NCBI GenBank assembly: GCA_029856045.1
Contig: JAHQWG010000039.1
Span: 56,728-120,727 of the forward strand
From: Promethearchaeia archaeon
GTDB taxonomy: Archaea > Asgardarchaeota > Lokiarchaeia > Sigyniarchaeales > SOKP01
Direction: 5' to 3'
Length of the DNA stretch: 64,000 bases
Positions 20,403-29,491 of this stretch are shown piece after piece (the stretch's first letter is position 1; every line of letters begins with the position of its first letter). A program made the position numbers and the translations under genes. The notes below the pieces were generated by a model. That model worked only from the letters and a program-made list of their open reading frames with translations, ran no database searches and was not told the DNA's origin.

Positions 20403-21020
20403 TTAAGTATTTAGTAAATATTTTATTGAAAAACCAGCTATATTTGAAAGATATTTAATTAATTTATCATCTGTATCAAATAATTTCATTAAAGATAAAT
20501 GATGAAATATAATCGCATTAAGAAGATTAAAAAGAAATATAAATACTTCAATCAATTTTTCTTCAGGTATTACACTAAAGTCTTTATTTATCATTCTTAA
20601 TTTTTGCGCTAGATCTTTAAAAATTTTAAAAATACCTTTTTTATGTGCTTCGAGTAATGTTTTATCAGATTGAATAGCAGATCTAAATGCTATATTATAT
20701 CCCTTATTTTCCTCATGATTTTTAAATAAATCAAAAATGAAATTATTAAGAAATTCTATGGTATTTTTATTACTAAGCTCAATTAAATCTTCTCTATCTA
20801 ACATAGTTTCCATTGATTTTTCGAAATATTTTCTTACAATATCTTCTTTACCTTTTGGAAAATATTTATAAATGGTTCCTATACTAAATTTAGCTGCATT
20901 TGCCACATGATTTGTGCTTGTTTTATGATAACCATTTTTTAATACAAGATCAAAAAAGATTTTATAAATTTGATTTATTTTTTTTTGTTTATTTCGAGAA
21001 AATTTTTTTCTTGTCATCAT
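20403..21020 (-). CDS. TetR/AcrR family transcriptional regulator
   Basis: GYHKTSTNHVA..A.FSIGTIYKYF HTH; probable start at ATG 21020 rather than 21074. Confidence 0.9.
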   Translation of the reverse strand: MMTRKKFSRNKQKKINQIYKIFFDLVLKNGYHKTSTNHVANAAKFSIGTIYKYFPKGKEDIVRKYFEKSMETMLDREDLIELSNKNTIEFLNNFIFDLFKNHEENKGYNIAFRSAIQSDKTLLEAHKKGIFKIFKDLAQKLRMINKDFSVIPEEKLIEVFIFLFNLLNAIIFHHLSLMKLFDTDDKLIKYLSNIAGFSIKYLLNT

Positions 21021-21031
21021 AATAATATAAA

Positions 21032-21074
21032 ATGAGCAATGGCTCATAAATTTTATAAGTAAGCAAATACTCAT
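21032..21074. promoter_or_regulatory. Candidate TetR operator(s)
   Basis: Inverted repeat ATGAGC-N4-GCTCAT (21032-21047) and a degenerate copy GTAAGC-N4-ACTCAT (21059-21074) between the divergent genes. Confidence 0.5.
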
Positions 21075-21107
21075 TTATTTAAATATTAATTAAAACAGTT
21101 TAAAAAA

Positions 21108-21983
21108 ATGCCCCAAGGAGATTTAATAAAATTTCATAGATCAAATCATCAGAATGATCTTGATGTTCTCGAAGGTCTAATTTATCCTATATTTTCTAAG
21201 AAAAACAAAAAAAATAAGCAACATTGGAAGGAAATCCGCTCATTATTATTATCTTCCATGAAATGTGCTAAGGTTAATAAATTTAAAAGAACTATATTTT
21301 GGTTTTATGTAAATAGAACAATAACTAAAGGCTTGAAAAAAGGAAAACGATTTATTGAGGTTGAACATATACTACGAAAATTTATTAGAAAATACGTGGA
21401 TCATGAAAAAGATCGAAAGATCAATGCAATCAAACGCGCAAAAAGGAGTTTTGAAAAAGTTAAAGACTACATCGTAGGAGATAGGATACTAGATCTTGGT
21501 GCAGGAGATGGATTTTTGTCTTTAGAAATAAAAGAACAACTTGGAAAAGAAGTTGTGCTTATTGATATTGTAGATTACAATTATACAGACCTTCCATTAA
21601 TTTTGTACAATCCAGATGGAGAGATACCGTTAGCAGATGAGGGAGTAGATACTACCATTCTTTATACTGTTTTACATCATGCGGATAATCCAGAATATTT
21701 ATTAAAGGAAGCAGTGAGAGTAACGAAACATCGCTTAGTAATTTTAGAAGCATATGCTGAGGATGACGATATAAGAGTGACCAATAGCTTTTTCGATTGG
21801 TTTTACAATCGAGTAATTGGGGATGAAGATATCAATGTTCCTCTTAATTTTCGCAATCTGGACGGATGGGAAAAAATTTTGAAAAAATATGGATTTGAAG
21901 TGATTGAAAGTAAATATATTGGACTTGATGAACCTATTGTACCAGAATATAAAGTAATTATTATAGCTAAACATGCCAATTAA
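21108..21983 (+). CDS. Class I SAM-dependent methyltransferase
   Basis: ILDLGAGDG motif I, VLHH, LLKEAVRV. Confidence 0.88.
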   Translation: MPQGDLIKFHRSNHQNDLDVLEGLIYPIFSKKNKKNKQHWKEIRSLLLSSMKCAKVNKFKRTIFWFYVNRTITKGLKKGKRFIEVEHILRKFIRKYVDHEKDRKINAIKRAKRSFEKVKDYIVGDRILDLGAGDGFLSLEIKEQLGKEVVLIDIVDYNYTDLPLILYNPDGEIPLADEGVDTTILYTVLHHADNPEYLLKEAVRVTKHRLVILEAYAEDDDIRVTNSFFDWFYNRVIGDEDINVPLNFRNLDGWEKILKKYGFEVIESKYIGLDEPIVPEYKVIIIAKHAN

Positions 21984-22275
21984 TAAATCTAATATTAAAT
22001 TAGACGAGAATTATCGAAAAAAAAAGAGACCTATGAATTTAGATTTATCAGGGTTAATATTATTCTTTCTTCAATAATGCTTGTAGGATTAATTAATACT
22101 CTAGGTTTTGAAGAAATAAATAAATTTTTTTTTCCGTTATCTTCAATATTATTTTTAGCAATAGGGATAATTATTAAAAAGATGAGATAGAAAGTAAATA
22201 TTAAAAATGTGAAAATTCAAATAATAATTGTTCTAAGAATAATATTTAGTTAAAAATATTTAAAAGGTTTTTAGA

Positions 22276-23052
22276 GTGTTTTTTCAAGTTAGTCAGTTGG
22301 CTCACGTTTCCGGGATAACTGCACTTATATCTAACTTTGCGGCTTTACTTTTAGCGGGAATTATATTTATTAAAGCATATAATGAGAAATCTCGAATTTT
22401 GTTTGAATTTGCTTTATGTGTAATGTTCACGTCTTCACCATGGTATCCAAGTGGATTCGGATATCTTAATCTTTTAATTACTGGTTCTCCACTTCCATAT
22501 GATATTTATATTATAATTGGAAATCTTTTACTTCCTCTCGCAATAATCTTCTGGCTTGATATATATCTTACGACAGTTAAACCAAGAAAGAGAAAGTTAA
22601 TATTAAGTATATATGTTATATTTTCGCTAATTTTCTGGATATATTCTTTTTATTTCTTATATTTTTCTCCAAATTCTCCTGTTGAAGAGATGTTAGGAAT
22701 AATAGATGACCCAACAAATCCATTTGATATTGATTATAAAGGATTTGTTTTAGTGTATTTAGCAGTTAGTATATTTACATCATGTGCAACCGGCTTTCAT
22801 TTTGCTGCAAAATCTTTAAAAATAGAAGAAAAAGAAATCCAATGGAAGGGGAGATTTTTATTAATCGCATTTTTATGCTTCGGTATAGGTGCTATCGCAG
22901 ATTCAGTTATTCCAATGAATGAGATCTCATTGGTGATTTTCAGAATAATATTAATTTTAGCAAATTTGTTTTTCTATATCGGTTTTATTCTGCCTAAGTG
23001 GATAAAAAAGATTATCTTTCGTGAAAATAAAACCCTGACAGTCGGAATATAA
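22276..23052 (+). CDS. Hypothetical 7-TM membrane protein
   Basis: Seven hydrophobic segments; ends YIGFILPKW. Confidence 0.7.
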   Translation: MFFQVSQLAHVSGITALISNFAALLLAGIIFIKAYNEKSRILFEFALCVMFTSSPWYPSGFGYLNLLITGSPLPYDIYIIIGNLLLPLAIIFWLDIYLTTVKPRKRKLILSIYVIFSLIFWIYSFYFLYFSPNSPVEEMLGIIDDPTNPFDIDYKGFVLVYLAVSIFTSCATGFHFAAKSLKIEEKEIQWKGRFLLIAFLCFGIGAIADSVIPMNEISLVIFRIILILANLFFYIGFILPKWIKKIIFRENKTLTVGI

Positions 23053-23151
23053 ATTTTTATTGAATTTGAGATTTTTTTTTATTATATATTAAATTTCATT
23101 AATGAATTTTACATTTTAAAATGAAAGAGAATTTTTTGGGCATAAAATGAA

Positions 23152-23526
23152 ATGCGACTAAATAAAAAATTTTTAAAAGAATTTCAGGATTACGATTTTT
23201 CCCTAATAAAAGAAAAGGATATATTTTTAGTGGGATCAGCAAGGTTTCATGATTATTTCGTTAAAATTGAGTCGATCTTACAAATAAAATATAAAAAATT
23301 AGTTTCTATTGCCTCGGTGGATGGACTCTTGAATAAAGATATGTTTTCAGAAGATGAATGGGAAATTTTACAAGACATTGCATTTTCTAAATTAAAAGAT
23401 CAGAAAGCAATTTTAGTTTTAGATATAAATGGTTATATTGGAGATCATACAAAACAAGAGATAAAATTCTTTCAGAATGAAATACATAGACCTATATATT
23501 ATTTATCACGATTAAGAATTTCTTAA
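23152..23526 (+). CDS. Nucleoside deoxyribosyltransferase-like (DUF4406-like) small protein
   Basis: IFLVGSARF ... AILVLDINGYIGDHTKQEI pattern. Confidence 0.55.
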   Translation: MRLNKKFLKEFQDYDFSLIKEKDIFLVGSARFHDYFVKIESILQIKYKKLVSIASVDGLLNKDMFSEDEWEILQDIAFSKLKDQKAILVLDINGYIGDHTKQEIKFFQNEIHRPIYYLSRLRIS

Positions 23527-23636
23527 TTTTTAAGAGGAAGTTTTAGTAATATCTGGATATTCCTTTTTTTTTTTTAGTAATTTAAATATTTAGAATTAGA
23601 ACTAGACTAATTCATACATAATAGATTTTTGGATAT

Positions 23637-24392
23637 TTGATGATTAAGGATATTTTTATTATAAAGGATGGAGTTCCCCTATTAACTGAGCAATGTCCAA
23701 AAGTAAATGGGATCCTAAGTAAAAATGATAATGCACTTATGATTTCTGGGTTTTTCTCAGCCTTGGATTCTCTATCGGACCAATTTCAAGATTTTGGAAA
23801 TATTAGTGAATTAAAATTATCTAATGATATGAAATTATCTTTTATGAGGGACCCCAAAATCGATAATTTAATCTATATAGCATCAACAGATACAAAAAGT
23901 GATGAGAAATCAGTTAAAAAAATATTAAAAAAAATATCTTCTTCATTTTCAAATAAATATAATGCTGATATGTTAGAAAAATGGAGTGGTAAGCGAGCTG
24001 ATTTTAAAGAATTTAAAGAAGAATTAGAAAAAATTTATTCTTATGATGATAATTTAGAAGAGTCTAATAATAATCAAGATATGGAAGAAAAACTGGATGT
24101 TCAGAAAAATCACGAAGAAAATGTTAATGAAGATAAAAATGAACAAGTTATTGAAGTAAAAACTCCCCCTAAAAAAAACTCATTTTCAAATGCCAAACCA
24201 ATATTAAGAATTAAATCAAATTTAAATCCAGAAAGGTTTTTAACTGGAGAAAAGGCTATTAATATCATTAAAGAGATAAATGGAAACAGAACTGTTGCTG
24301 ATATCTCCAGTAAATTACAATACGATGAAAAGGAAGTTTTTAATATATGTAAAAATCTCATGAAAATGGGATTAATGTCATTTTGTATGTAA
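23637..24392 (+). CDS. Longin-like domain plus C-terminal winged-helix protein
   Basis: N-terminal IFII.DGVPL...MISGFFSAL; acidic linker; INGNRTVADIS...L.KMG wHTH. Confidence 0.65.
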   Translation: MMIKDIFIIKDGVPLLTEQCPKVNGILSKNDNALMISGFFSALDSLSDQFQDFGNISELKLSNDMKLSFMRDPKIDNLIYIASTDTKSDEKSVKKILKKISSSFSNKYNADMLEKWSGKRADFKEFKEELEKIYSYDDNLEESNNNQDMEEKLDVQKNHEENVNEDKNEQVIEVKTPPKKNSFSNAKPILRIKSNLNPERFLTGEKAINIIKEINGNRTVADISSKLQYDEKEVFNICKNLMKMGLMSFCM

Positions 24393-24775
24393 TTTATTGA
24401 TTTTTTTAAATTTGAAAGCTTTATAAAATAAAAACTGCCTGAATATGTTCTTTATTTGCTGAATTTTTTTTTAAATTGAAATTTCTCTGGCTTTTTAGAT
24501 AAAGTTTCATAAAGATCTTCGAATTTAAGGTTAAAATATTGTTCTTATTGAAATATTTTATCAAATTCCCAATTTAAATCAATATTTGTTGATTTTTGTT
24601 CAAAAATTTCTACTTCATCTTGATAAATTTTGAAAGATCTTTCAGATTTTAAGAGATAATAAGTGATAATTAAATCACTAATTTTATAACCTGCTCCTCA
24701 AAATGAAACGTTATTTACTGAATCTTTATTTGAAAAAAAAAAAAATTATTAAAATTAAAATATTTTAATTGAAAG

Positions 24776-27700
24776 TTAGTTTCTAAATTTTATTCTCTTA
24801 GATTTATTAGAAATCACAATTAATCCTATTCCTGCAAGCAGTGAAATAATTATCCAGCCAGCAGGATATCCAGGAATCTCTGGAACACCATCACCATTGC
24901 CATCTCCATCACCATTGCCATCTCCATCACCATTGCCATCTTCTGTTATTAAAAAAAGAATATCATCACTAACTGGGGAAGTCTCTCCTATTGCATTTCG
25001 AAATTTCACATAAATTGAATATTCCGTATTGTTTATAGAGTCCTCTAAATACAACTGTTTTGTTGTAGCATATGACTCCCAACTAGTCCAAGCACCGGTT
25101 GTCCCGTTTCTGAAGCACATTTCTATTGCTCCATCAGCTGAGAGCGTGAGATTTACCAAAGTAGAATTAGTACTCCCATCTCCATTATTTATGATAATGG
25201 ATGGATTCAATGGTGGTGTTAATACCAAATATAAAATGCTATCACTAACTGGGGTGGTATCTCCTATTGCATTTCGAAATTTCACATAAATTGAATATTC
25301 TGTATTATTTGTAGGTCCTTCTAAATATAATTGTTTTGTTGTAGCATATGACTCCCAACTAGTCCAAGCACCGGTTGTCCCGTTTCTGAAGCACATTTCT
25401 ATTGCTCCATCAGCCGAGAGCGTGAGATTTACCAAAGTAGAATTAGTACTCGCATCTCCATTATTTATGATAATGGATGGATTCAATGGTGGTGTTAATA
25501 CCAAATATAAAATGCTATCACTAACTGGGGAAGTCTCTACTATTGCATTTCGAAATTTCACATAGATTGAATATTCCGTATTGTTTATAGAGTCCTTTAA
25601 ATACAACTGTTTTGTTGTAGCATAAGGTTCCCAACTAGTCCAAGCGCCGATTGTTTCGTTTCTAAAGCACATTTCTATTGCTTCATCAGCCGAGAGTGTG
25701 AGATTCACCAAGGTGGAATTAGTACTTGCATCTCCATTATTTATAATTATGGATGGATTCAATGGAGGTGACACTAATTTTTTATAAAATATATCGTTAT
25801 CCGTTCCCGAACCGCCATAATTCGTAGAATCATGCCACGCAATGTGTACGCTTCCAGAACCACTCGCTGCTATTGTCGGATAATGAGAATTACCAGTACT
25901 TTCCATGGTGACCACTTCAGTTATGGTCCAGGCTGAAGTAGTCGCATTCCAGCGCTTATAGAATATATCATGATCAGTTCCCGAATTGCCATAATTCGTA
26001 TAATCCTCCCATGCAATGTGCACGTTTCCAAAATTATCTGCTGTTATTGTCAAATAACCAGAATAATCAGTACTTTCTGTGGAGACCACCTCGGTTGTGG
26101 TCCAAGCTGCCATAGTCGCATTCCAGCGCTTATAAAATATATCCTCATCCGTTCCTGAATCATCATAATTCGTCCCATCATACCACGCAATGTGCACGTT
26201 TCCGATACCGTCCTCTGCGATTGTTGGACGCGAAGAATCATCGGTACTTTCCGTGGAGACCACCTCGGTTGTAGTCCAAACTGCCGTGGTCGCATTCCAG
26301 CGCTTATAAAATATATCATGATCAGTTCCCGAACCGCCATAATTCGTATAATCTTCCCATGTAATGTGCACATTTCCAGAACCGTCCGCTGCTATTGTTG
26401 GATAAAAAGAATCACCAGTGCTTTGCGTGGAGACCACCTCGGTCGTAGTCCAAGCTGCCGTAGTCACATTCCAGCGCTTATAAAATATATCCCAATCCGC
26501 TCCCGAACCGCCATAATTCGTCTCATCCTGCCACACAATGTGCAGGTTTCCAGAACCATCTGCTGTTATTGTTGGATCCCGACAATCACTAGTACTTTCC
26601 GTCGAAATCAATTCAGCTGTGGTCCAAGCTGCCGTAGTTGCATTCCAACATTTATAAAATATATCTAAATTCTTTCCAGAACCACTATAATCATACCATG
26701 CAATGTGCACGTTTCCAGAACCATCCACTGTCATTGTCGGATCCCGACAATTATAAGTGCTTTCCGTGGAGACCACTTCAGTCGTGGTCCAGGTCGCCGT
26801 TGTCGCATTCCAGTGCTTATAAAAGATATCCCAATCCGTTCCCGAACTACCATAATTCGTTTCATCATACCACGCAATGTGCACGTTTCCAGAACCGTCC
26901 ACTGCGATTGTTGGACGCCAAGAGTCATCGGTGCTTTCTGTGGAGACTACTTCGGTTATGGTCCAGGAGAATATAAAATATAGAATGCTATCACCGATTG
27001 GGGAAGTCTCTCCTATTGTATTTCGAAATTTCACATAAATTGAATATTCTGTATTGTCTGCATAGCCTTCTAAATACAATTTTTTTGTTGTAGCATATGG
27101 TTCCCAACTGGTCCAAGCACCAATCGTTCCGTTTCTAAAGCACATTTCTTCGGTTAAATCCGCCGAGAGCGTTAAATTCACTAAAGTAGAATTAGTACTC
27201 ACATCGCCATTATTTATAATTATTGATGGATTCAATGGGATGAATACCAAATATAAAATGCTATCCCCAACTGGAGAAGTCTCTCCTATTGCATTTCGAA
27301 ATTTGACATATATTGAATATTCCGTATTATTTATAGAACCCTCTAAGGACAATTGTTTTTCTGTAGCATAAGATTCCCAACTAGTCCATGCTCCTATCGT
27401 TCCGTTTCTAAAGCACATTTCTTCGGCTAATTCTGCTGAGAGTGTGAGAGTCACTAAGGTGGAATTAGTACTGGCAACTCCGTTATTGATAATTATGGAT
27501 GGATTCAATGGAGTTGATGCTAATTTTTTATAAAATATATCCCTATCTGTTCCTGAACCGTCATAGTTCGTCAGATCATTCCATGCAACGTGTACGTTCC
27601 CGGAACCATCCGTTGCTATTGTTTGATACCAAGAAGCACCTGTACTTTCAGTAGAGACCACCTCGGTTATGGTCCAAGTCTCCGTACCACTGTCCCATCG

Positions 27701-28894
27701 TTTATAAAATATATCCCCATCCGTTCCCGAACCATCATAGTTCGTCAGATCATTCCATGCAACGTGTGCGTTCCCGGAACCATCCGTTGCTATTGTTGGA
27801 TCAATAGAACCACTAGTACTTTCCGTGGAGACAACTTCGGTCGTGGTCCAAAGCTCAGCACCACTGTCCCATCGTTTATAAAATATATCCCCATCCGTTC
27901 CCGAACCACCATAATTCGTCCCATCATCCCATGCGATGTGTACATATCCAAAATCCGCTGCTATTGTTGGATTTTGAGAATAATCAGTGCTTCCCGCGGA
28001 GACCACTTCGGTTGTGGTCCAGGCAACCATGGAAACATCCCAGCGCTTATAAAATATATCTATATCGGTTCCCGAACCGCCATAATTTGTATAATCCCTC
28101 CATGTAATGTGTATATTTCCAGGATCGTCCACTGCTATTGTTGGATCATAAGAACTGCTAGTGCTTTCCGTGGAGACTACCTCGGTCGTGGTCCAGGCTT
28201 TCGTGGTTGCGTCCCATCGTTTATAAAAGATATCTCCATCCCCTCCAGAACCACCATAATTCGTATAATCCTCCCACACAACGTGCAAATTTCCGGAATT
28301 GTCCGCTGTTATTGTTGGAACTCGAGAATCACCGGTGCTTTCCGTGGAGACCACCTCGGTTGTAGTCCAGGTCGCCGTGGTCGCATTCCATCGTTTATAA
28401 AATATATCCATATCTGTTCCCGAACCACCATAATTCGTCTCATCCTGCCATGCAATGTGCACATTTCCGGAACCGTCCACTGCTATTGTTGGATAATAAG
28501 AATCACCAGTGCTTTCCGTGGAGACTACCTCAGTCGTAGTCCAGGTCGCCGTGGTCGCATTCCAGCGCTTATAAAATATATCATTATCCACCCATGAACC
28601 GCCATAATCTGTCGCATCATACCATGCAATGTGCACATTTCCGGAACCGTCCACAACTATTGTTGGATGACCAGAATAATCAGTGCTTTCCGTGGAGACC
28701 ACTTCGGTCGTGGTCCAAACCAAAGCAGAATTTTTTAATTCCTTTGAAAAGCTCTCTAAATTTTCAACTACACTATCTTTCAATAAATTGTTGTTATTAT
28801 AGAGATAAATCGGAATGAAGCCATTAAAATAAATAATCAAAGAGAGCAATAAAGCTAATTTAAATTTATTTCGTGTCATAGATTTTACCCCCAT
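24776..28894 (-). CDS. Large cell-surface repeat protein: signal, 7-blade propeller, 2 beta domains, 7-blade propeller, 3 beta domains, DG linker, IPGY-TM anchor
   Basis: 14 repeats of about 58 aa (WTTTEVVSTES...GNVHIAW.D...DIFYKRW); 5 repeats of about 90 aa (LNPSIIINNG...YVKFRN); C-terminal EIPGY, TM helix and basic tail. Confidence 0.88.
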   Translation of the reverse strand: MGVKSMTRNKFKLALLLSLIIYFNGFIPIYLYNNNNLLKDSVVENLESFSKELKNSALVWTTTEVVSTESTDYSGHPTIVVDGSGNVHIAWYDATDYGGSWVDNDIFYKRWNATTATWTTTEVVSTESTGDSYYPTIAVDGSGNVHIAWQDETNYGGSGTDMDIFYKRWNATTATWTTTEVVSTESTGDSRVPTITADNSGNLHVVWEDYTNYGGSGGDGDIFYKRWDATTKAWTTTEVVSTESTSSSYDPTIAVDDPGNIHITWRDYTNYGGSGTDIDIFYKRWDVSMVAWTTTEVVSAGSTDYSQNPTIAADFGYVHIAWDDGTNYGGSGTDGDIFYKRWDSGAELWTTTEVVSTESTSGSIDPTIATDGSGNAHVAWNDLTNYDGSGTDGDIFYKRWDSGTETWTITEVVSTESTGASWYQTIATDGSGNVHVAWNDLTNYDGSGTDRDIFYKKLASTPLNPSIIINNGVASTNSTLVTLTLSAELAEEMCFRNGTIGAWTSWESYATEKQLSLEGSINNTEYSIYVKFRNAIGETSPVGDSILYLVFIPLNPSIIINNGDVSTNSTLVNLTLSADLTEEMCFRNGTIGAWTSWEPYATTKKLYLEGYADNTEYSIYVKFRNTIGETSPIGDSILYFIFSWTITEVVSTESTDDSWRPTIAVDGSGNVHIAWYDETNYGSSGTDWDIFYKHWNATTATWTTTEVVSTESTYNCRDPTMTVDGSGNVHIAWYDYSGSGKNLDIFYKCWNATTAAWTTAELISTESTSDCRDPTITADGSGNLHIVWQDETNYGGSGADWDIFYKRWNVTTAAWTTTEVVSTQSTGDSFYPTIAADGSGNVHITWEDYTNYGGSGTDHDIFYKRWNATTAVWTTTEVVSTESTDDSSRPTIAEDGIGNVHIAWYDGTNYDDSGTDEDIFYKRWNATMAAWTTTEVVSTESTDYSGYLTITADNFGNVHIAWEDYTNYGNSGTDHDIFYKRWNATTSAWTITEVVTMESTGNSHYPTIAASGSGSVHIAWHDSTNYGGSGTDNDIFYKKLVSPPLNPSIIINNGDASTNSTLVNLTLSADEAIEMCFRNETIGAWTSWEPYATTKQLYLKDSINNTEYSIYVKFRNAIVETSPVSDSILYLVLTPPLNPSIIINNGDASTNSTLVNLTLSADGAIEMCFRNGTTGAWTSWESYATTKQLYLEGPTNNTEYSIYVKFRNAIGDTTPVSDSILYLVLTPPLNPSIIINNGDGSTNSTLVNLTLSADGAIEMCFRNGTTGAWTSWESYATTKQLYLEDSINNTEYSIYVKFRNAIGETSPVSDDILFLITEDGNGDGDGNGDGDGNGDGVPEIPGYPAGWIIISLLAGIGLIVISNKSKRIKFRN
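24888..24941. repeat. 18-bp tandem repeat x3 encoding the (DGNGDG) linker
   Basis: CCATCACCATTGCCATCT x3. Confidence 0.9.
25775..26965 (-). repeat. Second block of 7 repeats of about 174 bp (propeller blades)
   Basis: Seven WT.TE units in the translation. Confidence 0.85.
27521..28717 (-). repeat. First block of 7 repeats of about 174 bp (propeller blades)
   Basis: Seven WT.TE units in the translation. Confidence 0.85.
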
Positions 28895-29491
28895 AAAAAA
28901 TTTTCATTATTAACTTCTAATAATGATATTCCTAGAAGGTTCAAGAGAAGAATAGCCATTTGTAAAATTTTTTTAAAATTTTTTTTAGATATCAAATTTT
29001 TCACTTTTTTAATAGATTCAATAAAAATGTGTATTTATGGTTCCATTTATAGTTGAGATTTCGATAATTCAATGGAAGTTTGAAAACTTTCTGGAAGTCT
29101 CCAAATAAATATAAAAAAAATAAATATGCAATAATTTTTTATAATTAAGATCCAGATTCAAGAAAAATAACTTAAATAAATTATTAAGATGTTCTTAATT
29201 TCTCAGATCCAGATAAGATTATTCATAAAGTTGATACGAGAGGAATGTGCCTTAAGATAATGTTAATATCATACTATTTTTCGATTTAGTTTTTTGAAAA
29301 AAATTAAATAGTCCGAAACAAATTTTAATTCGCTCAGAGTTTTATTTTTTTCCTCATTTATTATTTAACATTTTAGTAAGTCCAGAGGAGAACTATTTCT
29401 ACTGACGATATAAAATTAAACATAACCTATTTATTTAGATAAATATAATTATAAAATAAGCGAATTATAAGAACCCAAGCTAAGTTTCAAT

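Noticed and set aside
25775-28717. CRISPR array or diversity-generating retroelement
   Set aside because: The units are in-frame ~174-bp coding repeats without unique spacers. There is no cas or reverse transcriptase gene in the window and no non-coding template copy.
25970-28818. Long plus-strand ORFs (e.g. 27590..28597, 335 aa) inside the repeat gene
   Set aside because: They are antisense shadows of a repetitive, GC-richer gene; stop-free frames propagate with the repeat.
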